64,000 bases of DNA. It comes from Octopus vulgaris (taxonomy: Eukaryota). The translations under genes and the position numbers were made by a program. Positions 51,440 to 64,000 of the stretch are shown piece by piece. The first letter of the stretch is position 1, and the number at the start of each line of letters is the position of its first letter. The notes under the pieces were generated by a model that did no database searches, had not been told where the DNA came from, and worked only from the letters and a program-made list of their open reading frames with translations. Location of the stretch: contig OX597823.1 in the NCBI GenBank assembly GCA_951406725.2, forward strand, positions 75,640,001-75,704,000, in the 5' to 3' direction.

Positions 51440-52755
51440 GCAACTTGACGGACAAGTAGCCCTAAAACCGGTAAAACACAAAACAAATCTGTAAAATTAA
51501 TATTATTACTTTTACGTTTTTCAAAAATTGCTTTGGCGTCTTCTTTTATCCTTATGTTGCATGTCCGTTTCTCGTTTTAAAAACGAACATTTCCGTCAGT
51601 TCGTTTGGTGTAAGTCAACCACTGAAGCGGATCTCTAGCTCTTTGAATTCTTGATGACATCGTTCACTATGCTCATCGCATACATCACCCATATTGGGTA
51701 GAAAAACATCAAGATGAGTATGAAGAAAATGAATTTTTATAGACGTCCTTGCCCCAACTTGCTTATAAACTTTCAAAAGATCATTCACAATTGCAACGTA
51801 GTTAATTGAGATTGTCATTTCCCCAAACAATTTTTACAATATAAACAAACTTTTCCGAAGAGTTTTCTCTACTGGTCTTAATTTTCTTTCTAAATAATCA
51901 TCACAAAATAGTGTGCGGATATCTAATCCATTAAAAACACTGGCTTTGATCTTGGCTTCACTCCTGCTAGAAATACATTTTTTCACTGAGGTATTTGAAT
52001 CCTTCACGTCTTCATTCATGACCTTAACAAAATTCTGATGCTTTGTATACCACTTTTACAACCCTAGAAGGAAACCAATAATATTCAAGTCCTCGCATAT
52101 ATTCCACTTGTGCTCACGCTATTCAATCAAGAGCAACCTTTTATCTATTGATTCATAAGTTTCCTTTAATCCTATAGCATGTACAAGTGGTATTGAAGGA
52201 GCCCAGTAGTCCTGAATTTTCTTTTGTTAAACTCAACTCTCTAACTAAATCCCTTAACTCGTCTTTTTGAAGACCCTTGTTCATCACAGTGATCTGCTCT
52301 GTCCCTCGGGACCTTTTCCATTTAAGTAGACGCAGTACGTTCTTCCATTAGACTATGTTTGACAAAAGAAGAGGGAGGTTCTGTAACTGGAATATTTTCA
52401 GCAGCATGAGCAAATGGATTTACACCTGAAGAGCTATCTGGATAAATAATCTTGGATTTGTTCACCTTAGAGAATTTTAGTTAAGCAGAAATAACAATCG
52501 GTATGGTGGTTTGTTGGTTCGCGCATTATTACTGGTACTGCAGAAGGCATACTTTTCTGTTTATCATTTCCATTCAGCCATTGTAGTAGTGCTGTGTAGC
52601 AGTTTTTGCAACAGTCATGAGGCACCTACTGTTTTAACAGGACTAGCAGTTATCAAGAAAACTGATATCAGATTCATATTCAGCACCCTAGATTGTTCTA
52701 ACTCAGCTGAAAGAGTTTAAATAGCACAACAAAACTTTTTTGTTGCTGCCCAATG
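51440..52755 (-). mobile_element. Decayed Chapaev3-type (CMC superfamily) DNA transposon
   Basis: Minus strand CCKNCYTALLQWLNG, MPSAVPVIMREPTNHHTDCYFC, KIKASVFNGLDIR and SIKIHFLHTHLDVFLPNMGDVCDEHSERCHQE. The 5' terminus cattgggcagcaacaaaaag is CACTGGG-like. Confidence 0.85.
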
Positions 52756-55417
52756 TTATCATACATATGCATGTACATATTTGTCTCTTTCCCTGTATGT
52801 ATGAATATTTATGTATATTTATATTTGTATCTATTTATCTTTCTGTCTCTCTCTGTCTCTCTCTCTGTCTCTCACTGTCTCTATCTCTCTCTCTCCACAC
52901 ACACACACAGGAGACACACACATGCGTACGTGATAATATGAGTTTCTATGCATATATATATATATATATATATATACGTAAGTGTTATGCATGTATATAT
53001 TTGTTAATGCATATAAATTTATTGGTATATTTTTCTAATGATAATGCTTATTATTTCTAACGTGCTGTTAGGTTGAGACGTTTATGTAACGTTTGCTAAT
53101 ATCCGCTTGAAGTTTACAGAGGGTAATTCTGCAAAAATTGTGTAGTATTAAGCTAGAAGTTTTGAAATATTTGTCCTCAATTTAACTCTCAGTTTTAGTG
53201 GAAACAAGTTATTGAATAGTTAGACTATTGTCTACTTGTCGTGTGTATTTCTTTTGCTTTTCTGTGTGCATGTCCGTTTTGATATTCTATGTAAATTACA
53301 CCCGCAATTAAGTTCCAGATATACTAGCTGAACTTCAGTCTAATAGATCACTATGTAATTTGTCTCAATATCTCTTTTCCTCTCTATCTTTCTTTGTATC
53401 TTCCGTAAGTAATCACTATCATCTTCATTTTTCTTTTCCTTTTGTAGCAGACACATTATATGCGTATAAATGAGACATATTGACATATATGTCCAACGAT
53501 GTATGCATGTGACTGACAGATATATTTCGAATTGTTTCAGTAGACAATATAGCTTTTCTTTTCCCATTGTTATCTGTATTCATTTATGATTGCACTATTC
53601 TCTATAATAACGCATATTTAACAAAAGATAATGGCTTATGCACAAACTTGGAAATCATCGATATAACAAGAAAAGTTACAATACATTCTACGTACGTCTT
53701 TGCATTTTATCATGAAAACTGCGAAAGAAATAGTGTACTACTTAACTGCACTTGGTATTTGTAGCTATCTCTTTATAGACCTCATGAATAGAAATGTTAT
53801 TAAAATCATATATTTTTAAAATATTTTCCCCTTATACATCTTTATAATTATTTTTGACGAATCTACTTATATATAAACGTGATTCCAGGAGATAGAAAAT
53901 AACACCTGGTATGGTTCTTCAATGGCCTATTTCCAAATATTTTAGTTCTCTAATACATGCTTAGGAACCAGGAGGTAATAGAGTCAACAAGGGACTTTCT
54001 ATATTGTCTCTAAAATTATTAGACGACGCAGCAAGCAGTCCGCTATTTTCAATACCCTATGTTAAAAAATAAGCCTACCCGTTACATGATGTAATCTCAA
54101 AAACATGTGACGATCTAGGATTCAGCGATTCTCACTTAGATCAACTATTAATCTTCAATAAAGTAAATACATTTGGTAATCATACAACTCCCTCATCTAT
54201 TTCGTCTTATTCACTACTTATTATATATATTTATATATCTAAGTGCACTAATATTGGATTGAGAGAATTGATTGCTGGTGGATTTCAACTGCTGATCCTT
54301 TCATTCTTGGACTTGATCATTTCCATCATTAAAAGCAATGATTTCGACAAATCCGTTAAAAAATGAAGTGGCAATCATTAAGTAAATTATATTTCGTTGT
54401 ATATACTAACCTATTATGCTATTTTCCTTGCTTTGAAACAAAAACACAACCAAGGGAAGAAACATATTTCATTTTTTACCGAAGTATCAAACTGTTATAT
54501 CTTTTTATCATGAGCAGTACACACGGCTTACTGTATCTGAAAAAAAGTTAATCATATGTGTGTGGGCAGCTGTTGATTGTTGCTTATGAATATGAAATCA
54601 TCATCATTTATGAAATAGTAATTACTGATGACAACCACTATTTCTAACTGAAGGTTATCAATTAACAAAACATTGATATGAAATTAACGACAACAAAATA
54701 TTTTAGCCAATGAAATTTGGCACGTTTTAAATAGCGACCAGTTATGAATATTCTTCACCATCCTGTCATTAACATATCCTTAACTAAACCTAGTGACAAT
54801 AATGTTTTGAATATTTTATTTTCGTATTTTCATAATTTCATGTTCATGATATTTTAAATCAGGATTTAAAAAAAAAAACTTATGAAGAAAATTAAAAATA
54901 TGATTTGTAATCCCGTTTTTTGCTGTCACAGATTTGCCTCAAATATCTTTTTATAGCAATATCATTATTGCACACGTAATTTATTAAAATCGTAAAGATA
55001 ACTTCGAAAGTAACATTGATGCTCTAAATATAATCCTTAACTAATCTCAAGATAAATGTAAATATCATGGTCGAATGAGTAGAAAACTACTAGGCGAAAA
55101 CGTGGTTTATATTGTGAGCACTGTTGTGTGATTTTGTTTTTTAACCAAGAATCTCGTTTATCAGTTTCTGATTCCGTCTAGCTGTAAAAAAATTAATTAC
55201 TGCATGCCTGTATGATCCAGAGATTCCCTTCGTGACTACAGTTTCAGGTTCAATTTCATTGAGAGTTAATTTTTGCAGGGCACCTTTACACTAAACTTAT
55301 ACCCATCAATGTTTTGTGAGGGAAATTTCGTATATATGAATACATATATAGATATGCATATAAATATGCAGTTGCATGACTGCAGTATAATGACCGAAAG
55401 AAGTATATGTATGTGTG

Positions 55418-55470
<53 letters not shown>

Positions 55471-55560
55471 ATATATAAAATATGACCAAATTAAATGACT
55501 GTATATTCAATAAGTTATATGGACTCATTCTATCATAAATAAATATGTACATCCTTGTTT

Positions 55561-55815
55561 ATGAATGAAATATCTATATATATGTACATGTCCAGATGCA
55601 TTCCAGAAAGTATATATTTTTTGAATGCACATGTGGATGATATTAAACCATAGTTATGTCAAGCAAGATATTCGTACGTATATATGTGTATATCTATGTA
55701 TATACTTGTTATCCCTACCAATTTCCTGTATAGTGTACATGTGTATATGTATGAAGATGTGTATGCGAAATGTTTCTATTTTAATATATGTGTATAGGCA
55801 TGTCTATGTGTATAT

Positions 55816-55866
<51 letters not shown>

Positions 55867-55909
55867 AATGCATCTGGACATGTACATATATATAGATATT
55901 TCATTTCAT
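55561..55909. repeat. About 40-bp near-perfect inverted duplication (55561-55602 and 55867-55909) next to (TA)n, plus a local tandem duplication
   Basis: aatgaaatatctatatatatgtacatgtccagatgcatt pairs with aatgcatctggacatgtacatatatatagatatttcatt. tatagatatttcatttcatata is repeated immediately after. Confidence 0.9.
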
Positions 55910-57185
55910 ATATATATATAGATATTTCATTTCATATATATATATTCGTGAGGTTCATTTTTTAAAAAAATTATCTAGATATTTTGAGATAAAGAAAACG
56001 ACATTATCACTATACTGTCTTTGGATTATTGTCGTTTATTTAATACGTAAAGAAAACAAAAACCCCATATAAAGTATTCATCAATCTCACATGCTTGCAC
56101 TAGCTTCCTATTTACTTAAAACCATAATAGAAATGACAGATGGCGGTTATCAAACCCACAAGCATATGCATCACCTCCGGTGCATCACCACCTTAACTGA
56201 AAAGGTGAATTAGAATGATGTAATTCGTTTGCAAACAAATCCCGAATCTAGTATAAATGCCTGGTACGTTGGAAAAAATCCTTCGTCTTTAAACTAGATA
56301 TAGCGAATGCCTAGTCAGTAAAATCTGCTAGAGTACGCTTCACTTCTTGGTAAGACTTATGTCATATTTTTGGCAGAACGTTCATCCAGTTTGCAGTAGA
56401 ATATCTACTCATAAGAGAATATGTCTTCAAACAAGTGTTTGAAATTATATTTCTACCCATTAGGACCAACAAGCTAGTATCAGAATATTGGGATATTCAG
56501 TCCAAATATTGGACGGTGACTTGTACATTACTATATCATGAAACGTTAATCGCAATTCAGCGTTTCTTTATGATACTGCTTACACATGCAGTCACATACA
56601 CGCAACCACATATACACAAGTACACACACGCAACCACAGACACACACACACACATGTAACCGCATACACAAAACCATACACACACATATGTGTATATACG
56701 CTTTCTTCTTCTATCACAATAGCCAGTCATGTAAAATGAACTGGTTAACTTGAAATATTTACAAAGAGAATTTTGTAACCAACTGTAAAACACCGTCACG
56801 GCGATTACCAGCATTCGTTAAAATTTAGTATTGCCGCAGGAATTAAGAGAGAAAAAAAAAAATCTACGAGAAATTTTATAGTTACTTTAGTAGATTTCTT
56901 TTATTTTAACCTTTACATTCTGCATATTTTTTTTCGTCATTTATAAAAGAAAGTTTTCGTTATTTATTTTTTTCATTACTTGTATTTTTCAGTCTTGCTT
57001 TTATCTTTTAAAGTTGGCATTCCATTTCAAAAGATTTCTACAGATATTACTCGACAAAATTGAAAAATTCTATTCCACATTTATATAACCTAAGTTATTT
57101 AATGATTGCCCCTTTTCCCTTGCATTTTTCTATCTTTTTCTGTTCACTTTCTTCCTTTTTTTCTCGCTTCAATCTGCACATGTCT

Positions 57186-57317
57186 CGCTCTCTTCTTCTT
57201 CCACTTCTTCTTCTTCTTCTTCTTCCACTTCTTCTTCTTCTTCCACTTCTTCTGCTTCTTATTCTTCTTCTTTTCCTTCTTCTTCTTCTTCTTCTTCCAC
57301 TTCTTCTTCTCCTTCTT

Positions 57318-57348
<31 letters not shown>

Positions 57349-57485
57349 TCCTTCTCCTTCTTCTTCTTCTTCGTCTTCTTCTTCTTCTTCTTCTTCTTCT
57401 TCTTCGTCTTCTTCTTCTTCTTCTTCTTCTTCTTCTCCTCCTTCTTCTTCTTATTATTCTTCTCCTCTTCCTTCTTCTTCTTTTC
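57186..57485. repeat. About 300-bp interrupted (CTT)n/(GAA)n tract, followed by about 600 bp of pyrimidine-rich low-complexity DNA
   Basis: Directly visible; source of the poly-L, poly-F and poly-K ORFs. Confidence 0.97.
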
Positions 57486-58611
57486 TTTCTGTCTCTCTCT
57501 CACAATAATTTACATTAACATATCTGCATTTCTTCTCCCTCATGTTGCTACTGTCTTTCTGCTCCAGTTTATCTCCTTTTAACACGCTTCTATTTATATT
57601 TCATGCTCTAGTGTTCCCTTTCCCTCACACATTTTCATTTCATTCCGCCTTCCGTCATCTCTGTCACACTTGTATTCCTATCTCACACACATCATTCTAC
57701 AAACACTCACTTTATGCTTCACTCTTCTCCTCGTAATACATCTCCCTTTATCTATTTCCCATGCCTCTATCTATCTCCCCTTTTCACTCCTCAACGTTTC
57801 ATTTTCTATTCACTCCCCTATTCTTATTATATTCCTTATAACTCTTCTTCCTCTCTTGCTTCTTTCATTATCTTTTTATACTTCTCAGCCCATATATTTC
57901 TTTTCTCTCTCCCCTATCCTTCCTTCCTTATTTTCTCTTTTCTTCTGGAGGCTAGTCTTTCACACACGCATACAACCTCTCTCTCTCTCTCGCTACCTCT
58001 TACTCTCCTCGCGCCATGTCATCCCCTTTCTTCTATTTTTGAATACTGTATTTCACCCCTTCCACAGCCCATTACTTCCACTCTCACTGGAAATGAAATA
58101 ATTCAAAATCAATGATATTGGCTGATAGAATGAAGATTAAAAATAGTTTGCAAGAAATTCTTTTCTTTAACAGACTAAAGCAATTTTCCATTTCTCATTG
58201 TTCGCTACTTTTTTCTTTTACATTCTCATCGTAGTTTCCTCTTTTCCACCTTTCCATTATTTCCTCTTTTAGATTTTATTTTTGTTCTTCTTCCTCTTGC
58301 TGTTGCTGTCTGTCATAAATGGATTTATACGATTTTGCTTGTTTTATGTTTGTATTTATTGTTCCATTTTTTGATTTATTTCTATATTTTTTTATATTAT
58401 GGGTGATGATCTACCTATTGTACTATTGTATGCGGAGGTTCAATAGATCCTGTAGCTGACAGCATACCAATTGTTCTGTATATATCCGCAGCTGTTTATC
58501 TGGTTCCCACTAAAGAAAGCTGACCTCAGGAATACTGTTGAATGTTGCCAATGTACGTATTCTAAACATGGAATTTAAAACGTATATATATATATATATA
58601 CATACATTTAT

Positions 58612-58993
58612 TCGTTTATTCTTTTACTTGTTACCATCATTTGACTGTGATCATGCTGGAGCACAGCCTTATAGAATTTTTGCAGTGGAAGAAATCGTGT
58701 CCCTGACTTATTCTTAGTAAACCTAATTCCTATTCCATAACACTCTTCTGCCGAACCGCTAACTTACGGGAACGTAAATACACCAGCATCGATTTTCAAG
58801 CGATGGTGAATGGAAAAACCCACAAACAAAGACACAACCATAAATATATACATATATATAAAACGGGCTTCTTTCAGTTTCCGTATACTAAATCCACTCA
58901 TGATTCTTTGGTCGGTCTGAGACTCTTGCACAAGATTCAACGCAGTGGGGCTTACTCTTGGACGAAGTTGTTGGGAAACAAGCTTTTTACCAT
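58612..58993 (-). mobile_element. Decayed CORE-type SINE
   Basis: cttttacttgtt...catgctggagcac...ccgaaccgctaacttacgggaacgtaaatacaccagcatcg...acgggcttctttcagtttccgt. Confidence 0.85.
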
Positions 58994-59069
58994 ATATATA
59001 TATATACACACATAAGAGCAAAATTCGCTGCAGTAAAATATGTTCATTGCGATGGTACATAACGAATAA

Positions 59070-59300
59070 GGCGGCGAGGTGGCAGAATCGTTAGCACGCC
59101 GTGCGAAATGCTTAGCAGTATTTCGTCTGTCGCTACGTTCTGAGTTCAAATTCCGCCGAGGTCGACTTTGCCTTTCATCCTTTCGGGGTCGACTAAATAA
59201 GTACCAGTTACGCACTGGGGTCGATATAATCGACTTAATCCCTTTGTCTGTCATTGTTTGTCCCTTCTGGGTTTAGCCCCTTGTGGGTAGTAAAGAAATA
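59070..59300 (+). mobile_element. Young full-length tRNA-derived SINE with Nin/Deu-like domain and 14-bp TSD
   Basis: A box tggcagaatcg, B box gagttcaaattcc and central gcctttcatcctttcggggtcgactaaataagtaccag. TSD ggtacataac(g/a)aat at 59054-59067 and 59301-59314. Confidence 0.92.
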
Positions 59301-59397
59301 GGTACATAACAAATGAATCTCGTCTCAAGTTGTAGTACTCATATTGCTAGTTACCCGGTTTTCATGAGGTATGAGTTACTGTAATCATAATATTGAG

Positions 59398-59610
59398 AGG
59401 CGAGTGACATGCTGGTTAAGGCGTCGCACTCATAATCGGAAGATTATTGTTTCGATTCCTGGATCGAACGATGCGTTGTCTTAGCACAAAAAAACTTAAC
59501 TTTATTGTTCTTCACTGAGCTGCAAAAAATGAGTACTACAATGCAGCGTCGTTCCCTCCAGGTGGGGAATATATACTTGGAGGAATCCAGAAACTCTGCT
59601 TTATGGGGTT
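59398..59610 (+). mobile_element. Decayed tRNA-derived SINE
   Basis: tgacatgctggttaaggcgtcgcactc...gtttcgattcctggatcg (tRNA-like head), followed by CORE-like sequence. Confidence 0.6.
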
Positions 59611-59659
59611 CAGAGAATGTTACAATAAGAAGGGTTAACTAGAACATTTCCTGAACTTG

Positions 59660-59800
59660 GAACCAGTCTGTCACATGACTGAGTGTCGGCTGAGTGGACT
59701 GAAGCAGCATAAAATGAAGTATATTGGCCTAGGACAAAACATTCTACACAACCTGGCGAGAGAATCTACAACACCTTACAACTAGACCATCTACCTTCAC
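59660..59800 (-). mobile_element. Decayed SINE fragment
   Basis: Minus strand gaaggtagatggtctagttgtaagg...ttcattttatgctgcttcagtccactcagc (head plus CORE-like). Confidence 0.5.
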
Positions 59801-60137
59801 AGTGGTGCAAAGAACATTCTTTTACATACGTATTAATCTCTACACTTACGAAAGTAGTTTCAGTTCCAATGCACACAGTGGCTTGTGTACAGAAAGTGGA
59901 GAAAATGTCCATATTTTGACCTAGCTATTCAGATTTACAGCTTCAAGTTGATGTCTGGAGGGAGAATTCAAAATGGAGAAGAATATTCTTGGGATTGTAA
60001 CTTATAGAGTTATATGACTTGTCTTAGCGAGCAGTGCAGTGTTTGAATGTACAGGTAGAATAATTGCAAACCTCCAGGCAGAAAAGTTTGCTGCGCACAT
60101 ATTTTAGAGAGGCTGTTCACATTGTTTCGTTTTAAGT

Positions 60138-60439
60138 TAGAGGTTCTCAACAGGTGCTGATATAGCTATAGAATAAAACATTGGGGATCCATAATAGTAT
60201 TTTAATGGACCCTGAAAACTTTTTGTCTTCATATGTATGTATTGGTATGTATTACCAGAAACAGCTAGGTTTCTTTCTCTAACACTCTCAAGCTAGTCAA
60301 GTTAATGTGTGAAACAGAAAGTGATTTTGAAAGAAATTTCTATAAAACTGGTTTTCAAACATCGAATAGCTATCATATTCCACAAGACAGAAATAATAAT
60401 CAAAGGGACCCATAGATAAATAATGGTTTAGAACCCCTA
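60138..60439. mobile_element. hAT-type MITE (about 300 bp)
   Basis: TIRs tagaggttctcaac / gtttagaaccccta. Flanks ttttaagt and tttttagt resemble an 8-bp TSD. Confidence 0.65.
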
Positions 60440-60449
60440 TTTTTTAGTG

Positions 60450-60635
60450 TTCACCAGACAGAATTGTTAGAGTTGGATAATTGTTAGTAAGATTTGTTTT
60501 GACTGTTAGATTATCTGTTCAAATTCCGCCGAGCTTAGCTATGTCTTTCATCCCGCTTGGATCGATAAAATAAACTAGCAATCAATTACTCTAGTCAATG
60601 CTTGTCCTCGCCCCCTCAAAATTTTCCTATGTTGA
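60450..60635 (+). mobile_element. Decayed Nin/Deu-domain SINE
   Basis: cagaattgttag...gttcaaattccgccgag...ctttcatcccgcttggatcgataaaataaactag. Confidence 0.7.
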
Positions 60636-61443
60636 AATACAACATAAACCGAAACAAGTTCAAAGTTACAAGATCTCAAAATCTTGTGTCAGATGTTGCA
60701 CTGCGGAGGTCAGAATTTAATATATACTGGGAATGACTAAAAGAAAGTAACAAACAAATATACCAATAAGATTATCAATAAGTATTGCAATATCAAGATA
60801 TCTTAAATGTCTATTTCTCTAAAAAGAAGTTATTTCATCTATGAAATTCCCTCAGATGTTCAAGCTAGAGTACCAATTAAATGAATAAGGTCAGTGATAA
60901 TAGCAAACACATATAATCAATGTGAGACTAGACTGCAGAGATATATATTTATGTGTGAATATGTATGCCGGTATGTGTAAGAGAGAGAACAGACACACAA
61001 ACATACATAGAAACACACACACAAATGCGTGCACGCACGCACACATGCAAAATAAGCGGAGGTTATATATGTATGTGCGTATGGGTGTCTGAGTCAATTG
61101 CGTTTCTGTTGTCAATAGAAAAGTACATTAAAGTCAGTGAACTCACTTAGTTTAGAAATGTCAAGGAGTCAAGCAAGCATGAAATTCACTCAAGTGGCAA
61201 TATTGTAGAACATGGAGGTTAGGCTTTGATGTTAATACGAATAACGACTTCTATAGCATCAACGCAATTGAGCGATGTGCTCGCTTGTAACATACGTGTA
61301 AGCATTTCTGTAAATGATTTGACATATACACAGTTTTCATTTCAACAAGTAGTATCACCTATACTCCTCCACACATGCCCATATAGCGAACGAATGCGTA
61401 TTAAAGTATGGACACACACACACATAAACATACGCACACACAC

Positions 61444-61479
<36 letters not shown>

Positions 61480-61547
61480 GTATATGTATATATTTATATA
61501 CACATATATGTGTGTGTGTTTGTGTGTATATGTGTCTATGTATATAC

Positions 61548-61612
<65 letters not shown>

Positions 61613-61689
61613 CATGTATGCACACACACATACACATATTTATATATATAGAGAGATAGCTAGATAGATATAGATGTATGTGGGTATCC

Positions 61690-63950
61690 TGGGAGATATT
61701 TTTTACTGCAGATGTATATTAATGTGCGTATAATGTTAAAATCATCAATCTTTTCAGATATTTTAATGTTGATGCATTTTGCAAAATCTGTTTCAAACTT
61801 GAAGTATCTTTACGGTGATAAGCTATTCATTATGTAATGTTTTTCTACTACACAGAATATATTATAAATAGAATATATTATAAATTTCAAAAAATTACAA
61901 AAATACAGCTCCTCATGTCAGTGAATGCAGACAACATTAGGGTGTTCTTGGCAAACATGGATATTACAATTCTTACATATAGTACAAGCCATCCTGTCTT
62001 TTCGGGGGCCACAAAATGAACATTTCCCATTTTTTTCTTTGGCTGAGGAATCTCAAAAGTGCTTGAAGATAGATCGTCTTCTTTTCAGCTTTGAGAAATG
62101 ATAGCAGAACTAGAAGATTTTTGTCACGTTCTTGTTTAGCATTAACTCCAGCAAGTCCCTTTTCTAACTGAATTAGACACCATCTTCTTTTATTCTTGAA
62201 ACTTTGCAAGTGAAACTGTTTTGTAACAATGAAAACATTCACTGCACTTATATCAATCCTGTTGTAGAATATAACCATAGGTCATCTTCAAGTCATTCGT
62301 TTGCAAGTATGTGTCCTTAGCATCTTATCTAGGTATCTACTTCTCCTTTTGTTTTGTTGTAACATGTAATAACTTCAGTTTTTTTTCATCACTATTTTAA
62401 TCAAATGAAGGCTGAGGGTGCATAGTACTCATAAGTGTGACTTCCTAAATTTTTCCCTGGGACAATACGATAGGATCATAGAATCCTTTTAAAATCCAAA
62501 TATTGCGCTGTTGATTTCTCTTTCTTTTCCATTTGTGAAAGCACTTGGAATTTCTACTCTGTTCTTTCTAATTGTTCGAACTAAAGTAGTTTTCTTGCTA
62601 AGCAGCTTTCGAGTCAATTCTGGAATTGTAAAAAAATTACCACAAGGTATATTGCGACCAGCATTTTCAAGTTCTTTTACTAGGTCTTCAACAACTCTTG
62701 ATCCTTGATTTATCTCTTTCATTTTTACTGGGTCTTTTCCAGTGTAGATTTGCATTTTCCAAGTATAAGACGTTTCACTGTCACATTTTACCCAAATTTT
62801 AATTCCATATTAAACTGGTTTTGAAGGAATACATACGAGGAATGGGCAGCGCCCTCTGAATAAAACTAGTTGTTCAAGTATCATGCATGAACTTGGAACA
62901 TATCCATAATGAAAATTCTGATCCACATTTCAAAAACTTCTCTTATGGGCTCCAATTTATCATCACTTCGTTTTTTTTCTTCTTCTTGCACTTGCATCTC
63001 CTAAACACAATACTTGTAAAATCTGCTGAAATCTTCCCCGGCTCATAATTTTGCCGAATATGGGGCGGTCATCTTCTTGACTGCATAATTGTGTGACATT
63101 TTCATGTTTAGATTTATAAACACCTATACGAATAATCACTCCAATAAATTTCTGTAGTTCCTAGTGAATAATTTTCTTCCATTTATCTTTGTAAACAACC
63201 GGACCTTCAAAATTTTCCATTTATGAATTGTTTCAAGAATATTCTGGCGCATGAAGATAGTAAGACATGTTTCAATGCTATCACAAGACCTTTTAACAAA
63301 ACAGGATGGTCCACATTCTTGGCGCACAATCTGGCATGGTAAGGTCTTACTGCTGCCTGAGTAAGAAGAGTACATTGCTAAACTTCTTGTCTTCTCTAGA
63401 ACCATATTGCTCATTCATAATTGGGTGGTTTGAGTATCTTCATCATATGATGAAACAGAATCTAAACTGTCCAGCACGCAATCACTTTCATCATCATCCT
63501 CACAGCAATACAAGGAATCATTACTATCTTCTTCCCATTCTTCATATAATTCCAATAACCTATTTCAATATTTGGTCTTCACTCAAGTTTTCACGTCTAG
63601 GTATATTGGAAATCACCACTGAACTATATGAAACTTAATAGTAGACTAAAGGCAGATATTTCTTCTCCTAAAAGCTGATGCAGTATATTGCAAGATTTGC
63701 TTCATCACATACAAATATTGCATCACCCTATTACCAAGCAGATTTAAGGTGATGTAATACCACACAAATTTACAGGGATATTTTCATAATGCAGCAAATA
63801 AATTGAATACAATTTTTATCTATTTTATATTTGATAAATATCTAGGAAAATAATAATTGATACTGCTTTTATTCCGTTTAGAATGACAACAGTATTGTCT
63901 GAATTTAATTCGAGGGTGCAATGAGCCCATACGGTAATTTATGTATAAAG
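61690..63950 (-). mobile_element. Decayed piggyBac transposon (DDE_Tnp_1_7 / PGBD4-like transposase)
   Basis: Minus strand: acidic N-terminus, EQLVLFRGRCPF...IPSKP..YGIKIW, IYTGK, GRNIPCGNFFT (DNFFT), TIRKNR and a C-terminal Cys/His-rich region. Subterminal ttaccgtatgggctcattgcaccc near 63915-63937. Boundaries are approximate. Confidence 0.9.
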
Positions 63951-64000
63951 TGAAATTTTCTAGCTTTTATAAACATACGGAAAATTTCCCATTAGACTAA

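Noticed and set aside
59070-59160. Possible functional tRNA gene
   Set aside because: The A/B boxes belong to a SINE head with a Nin-like body and TSD; there is no cloverleaf.

Overview
This is AT-rich, microsatellite-dense eukaryotic non-coding DNA. The SINE families and repeat landscape suggest an octopus-like cephalopod genome (inference). I find no credible host protein-coding gene: nearly all ORFs in the track are translations of (TA)n, (CA)n, (TACA)n, (AAT)n or (CTT)n repeats, or decayed transposon fragments. Recognisable DNA transposons: three near-full-length decayed mariner elements plus fragments, a Chapaev3-type transposon, a piggyBac, a hAT-type MITE and Helentron-like non-autonomous elements. 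Recognisable retroelements: LINE remnants (RTE, L1/Tx1, R4/Dong), a Naiad-type Penelope-like element (PLE) GIY-YIG remnant, and about 14 tRNA-derived SINE copies. The most notable signal is a set of short elements wedged into (TA)n tracts. Several are arranged as foldbacks or inverted repeats, and several carry type I hammerhead ribozyme (HHR) motifs. These include a near-intact HHR with a large helix II insertion (23296-23398) and compensatory U3-A8 core variants (17116-17171, 26791-26828, 28777). All family calls come from motif recognition by eye, not from database searches.
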